The notes under the pieces were generated by a model. The model searched no databases, had not been told where the DNA came from, and saw only the letters and a list, made by a program, of their open reading frames with translations. From Ktedonobacterales bacterium (GTDB lineage: Bacteria > Chloroflexota > Ktedonobacteria > Ktedonobacterales > JADMIN01): a stretch of DNA of 32,000 nucleotides. Of this stretch, positions 31,310-32,000 are shown piece by piece. Made by a program: the position numbers and the translations under genes. The stretch's first letter is position 1, and every line of letters begins with the position of its first letter. The stretch spans positions 2,640,001 through 2,672,000 of the forward strand of contig CP126532.1 of assembly GCA_030167145.1 (NCBI GenBank). Direction: 5' to 3'.

Positions 31310-31360
31310 TTCGCGCACTCAACTTCGCGCACTCAACTTCGCGCACTCAACTTCGCGCGA
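31310..31360. repeat. 3.6 copies of a 14-bp tandem repeat (ttcgcgcactcaac)
   Basis: Copies at 31310-31323, 31324-31337 and 31338-31351, then a partial ttcgcgcga. The array spans the epimerase stop codon (31347-31349) and abuts the RBS of the HNH gene. Confidence 0.9.
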
Positions 31361-32000
31361 GCGCCTGTGGCGCTTCGCTCACTCGCGCGGGCGGCAGATA
31401 CCCCTCCGCGCGATACCAGTCCGCCGCGCGCCCGATGCCCACAGCCAGCGGCGTATCGGCGCTGAAGTCGAGCCGCTCGCGCGCTTTGGCCACGCTATAC
31501 ACACGGCTATGCGTCAGAAAATCGAGCCGGCTGCTGGTCAGCGGCGCGGACTGGCGCAGCCGCGCGGGCAGCGCATCGCAGGCCGTCGCCACGGCGCGTG
31601 CGGCGGGCAGCGGAATGTGGCCGCGCGGTGGCGGCACATCCAGCGCACCAGCGATAGTCGCGGCCAGCGTGTCAATGGTCACCGGCTCACGTCCCGCGAT
31701 GTGAAAGCACTCGCCCACGGCGCGCGGATCGCTGCCGCACCGCACGAACGCCTCGATCATGTCGTCCACATAGATTGGGTGGAACCACACCGTCTCGCGC
31801 CCAATCGGGCGGAACAGCCGCCGCTGGATCGCCTTGAAGAAGCCCAGCAGGTGCAGATCCCCCGGCCCGTAGACCAGCCCCGGCCGTACAATCACCGCCG
31901 GAAAGCCGTTCCAGGCCTCCTCGCGCACCAGCACTTCCGCGTCGCGCTTGGTCGCCTCGTAGGCGTTGGTCGGCGCGTAGGGCGCGACTTCCGCCGCTGG
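31347..32000 (-). CDS. NAD-dependent epimerase/dehydratase (extended SDR), C-terminal part; 5' end lies outside the window
   Basis: The frame is open to the window edge. Translating 31935-32000 by hand gives ...PTNAYEATKRDAE (YxxxK catalytic motif), then VIVRPGLVYGPGD and FHIAG. Confidence 0.85.
   Translation of the reverse strand, partial: PAAEVAPYAPTNAYEATKRDAEVLVREEAWNGFPAVIVRPGLVYGPGDLHLLGFFKAIQRRLFRPIGRETVWFHPIYVDDMIEAFVRCGSDPRAVGECFHIAGREPVTIDTLAATIAGALDVPPPRGHIPLPAARAVATACDALPARLRQSAPLTSSRLDFLTHSRVYSVAKARERLDFSADTPLAVGIGRAADWYRAEGYLPPARVSEAPQALARS

Noticed and set aside
1-32000. Mobile element, prophage or integron signatures; tRNA/rRNA genes
   Set aside because: I recognised no integrase, transposase or recombinase motifs, no long terminal inverted or direct repeats flanking a block, and no tRNA-like GGTTCGAATCC-type sequences. 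The HNH-motif gene has no mobile context.

Overview
High-GC (roughly two-thirds G+C by eye), densely coding bacterial chromosomal segment. I saw no rRNA, tRNA, CRISPR array, transposase or integrase. A filamentous Chloroflexota- or Actinobacteria-like origin is only a guess from protein styles. LEFT THIRD (1-10.5 kb): a 1209-aa membrane-anchored STAND/NLR-like NTPase (2 TM + DUF4062 + NB-ARC P-loop + TPR) whose C-terminal sensor is built from seven almost identical 120-bp repeats. It is followed by a pentapeptide-repeat protein with a pore-loop-like 2-TM tail, an RHH-antitoxin-like ORF start/stop-overlapping (TGATG) a DUF1345-like membrane protein, a thioredoxin-like protein, and a NarL/LuxR response regulator plus a soluble GAF histidine kinase. 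RIGHT TWO-THIRDS (10.5-32 kb): a glycan biosynthesis and remodelling island. It holds three GT-C (GT39/ArnT/PMT-like) membrane glycosyltransferases, two processive QxxRW-type GT2 synthases (one fused to a C-terminal glycoside-hydrolase-like domain and a repeat-rich N-terminus), and a third soluble GT2 fused to a degenerate GGDEF-like domain in an operon with a radical SAM/SPASM-like enzyme. It also holds two clan GH-A hydrolases, a CBM-like anchored protein, a flippase-like (MprF/UPF0104 TM) protein and an SDR epimerase/dehydratase. No Wzx/Wzy, ABC exporter or priming phosphoglycosyltransferase is visible in the window. Non-coding signals worth attention: (i) a conserved bipartite element GATACCGAAGTA-N9-TGATACCCA, or more generally GATACC(C) direct repeats spaced 22 bp, just upstream of -35/-10-like hexamers in three transcription units of the island, with further GATACC copies at other 5' ends; (ii) three perfect DnaA-box nonamers (TTATCCACA) in a 12-bp tandem array at an intercistronic junction; (iii) a small REP-like hairpin family (GTAG-GGGCGNNN-loop-NNNCGCCC); (iv) many short in-frame or 5'-proximal tandem repeats. 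All domain calls come from reading motifs by eye; no database search was run.
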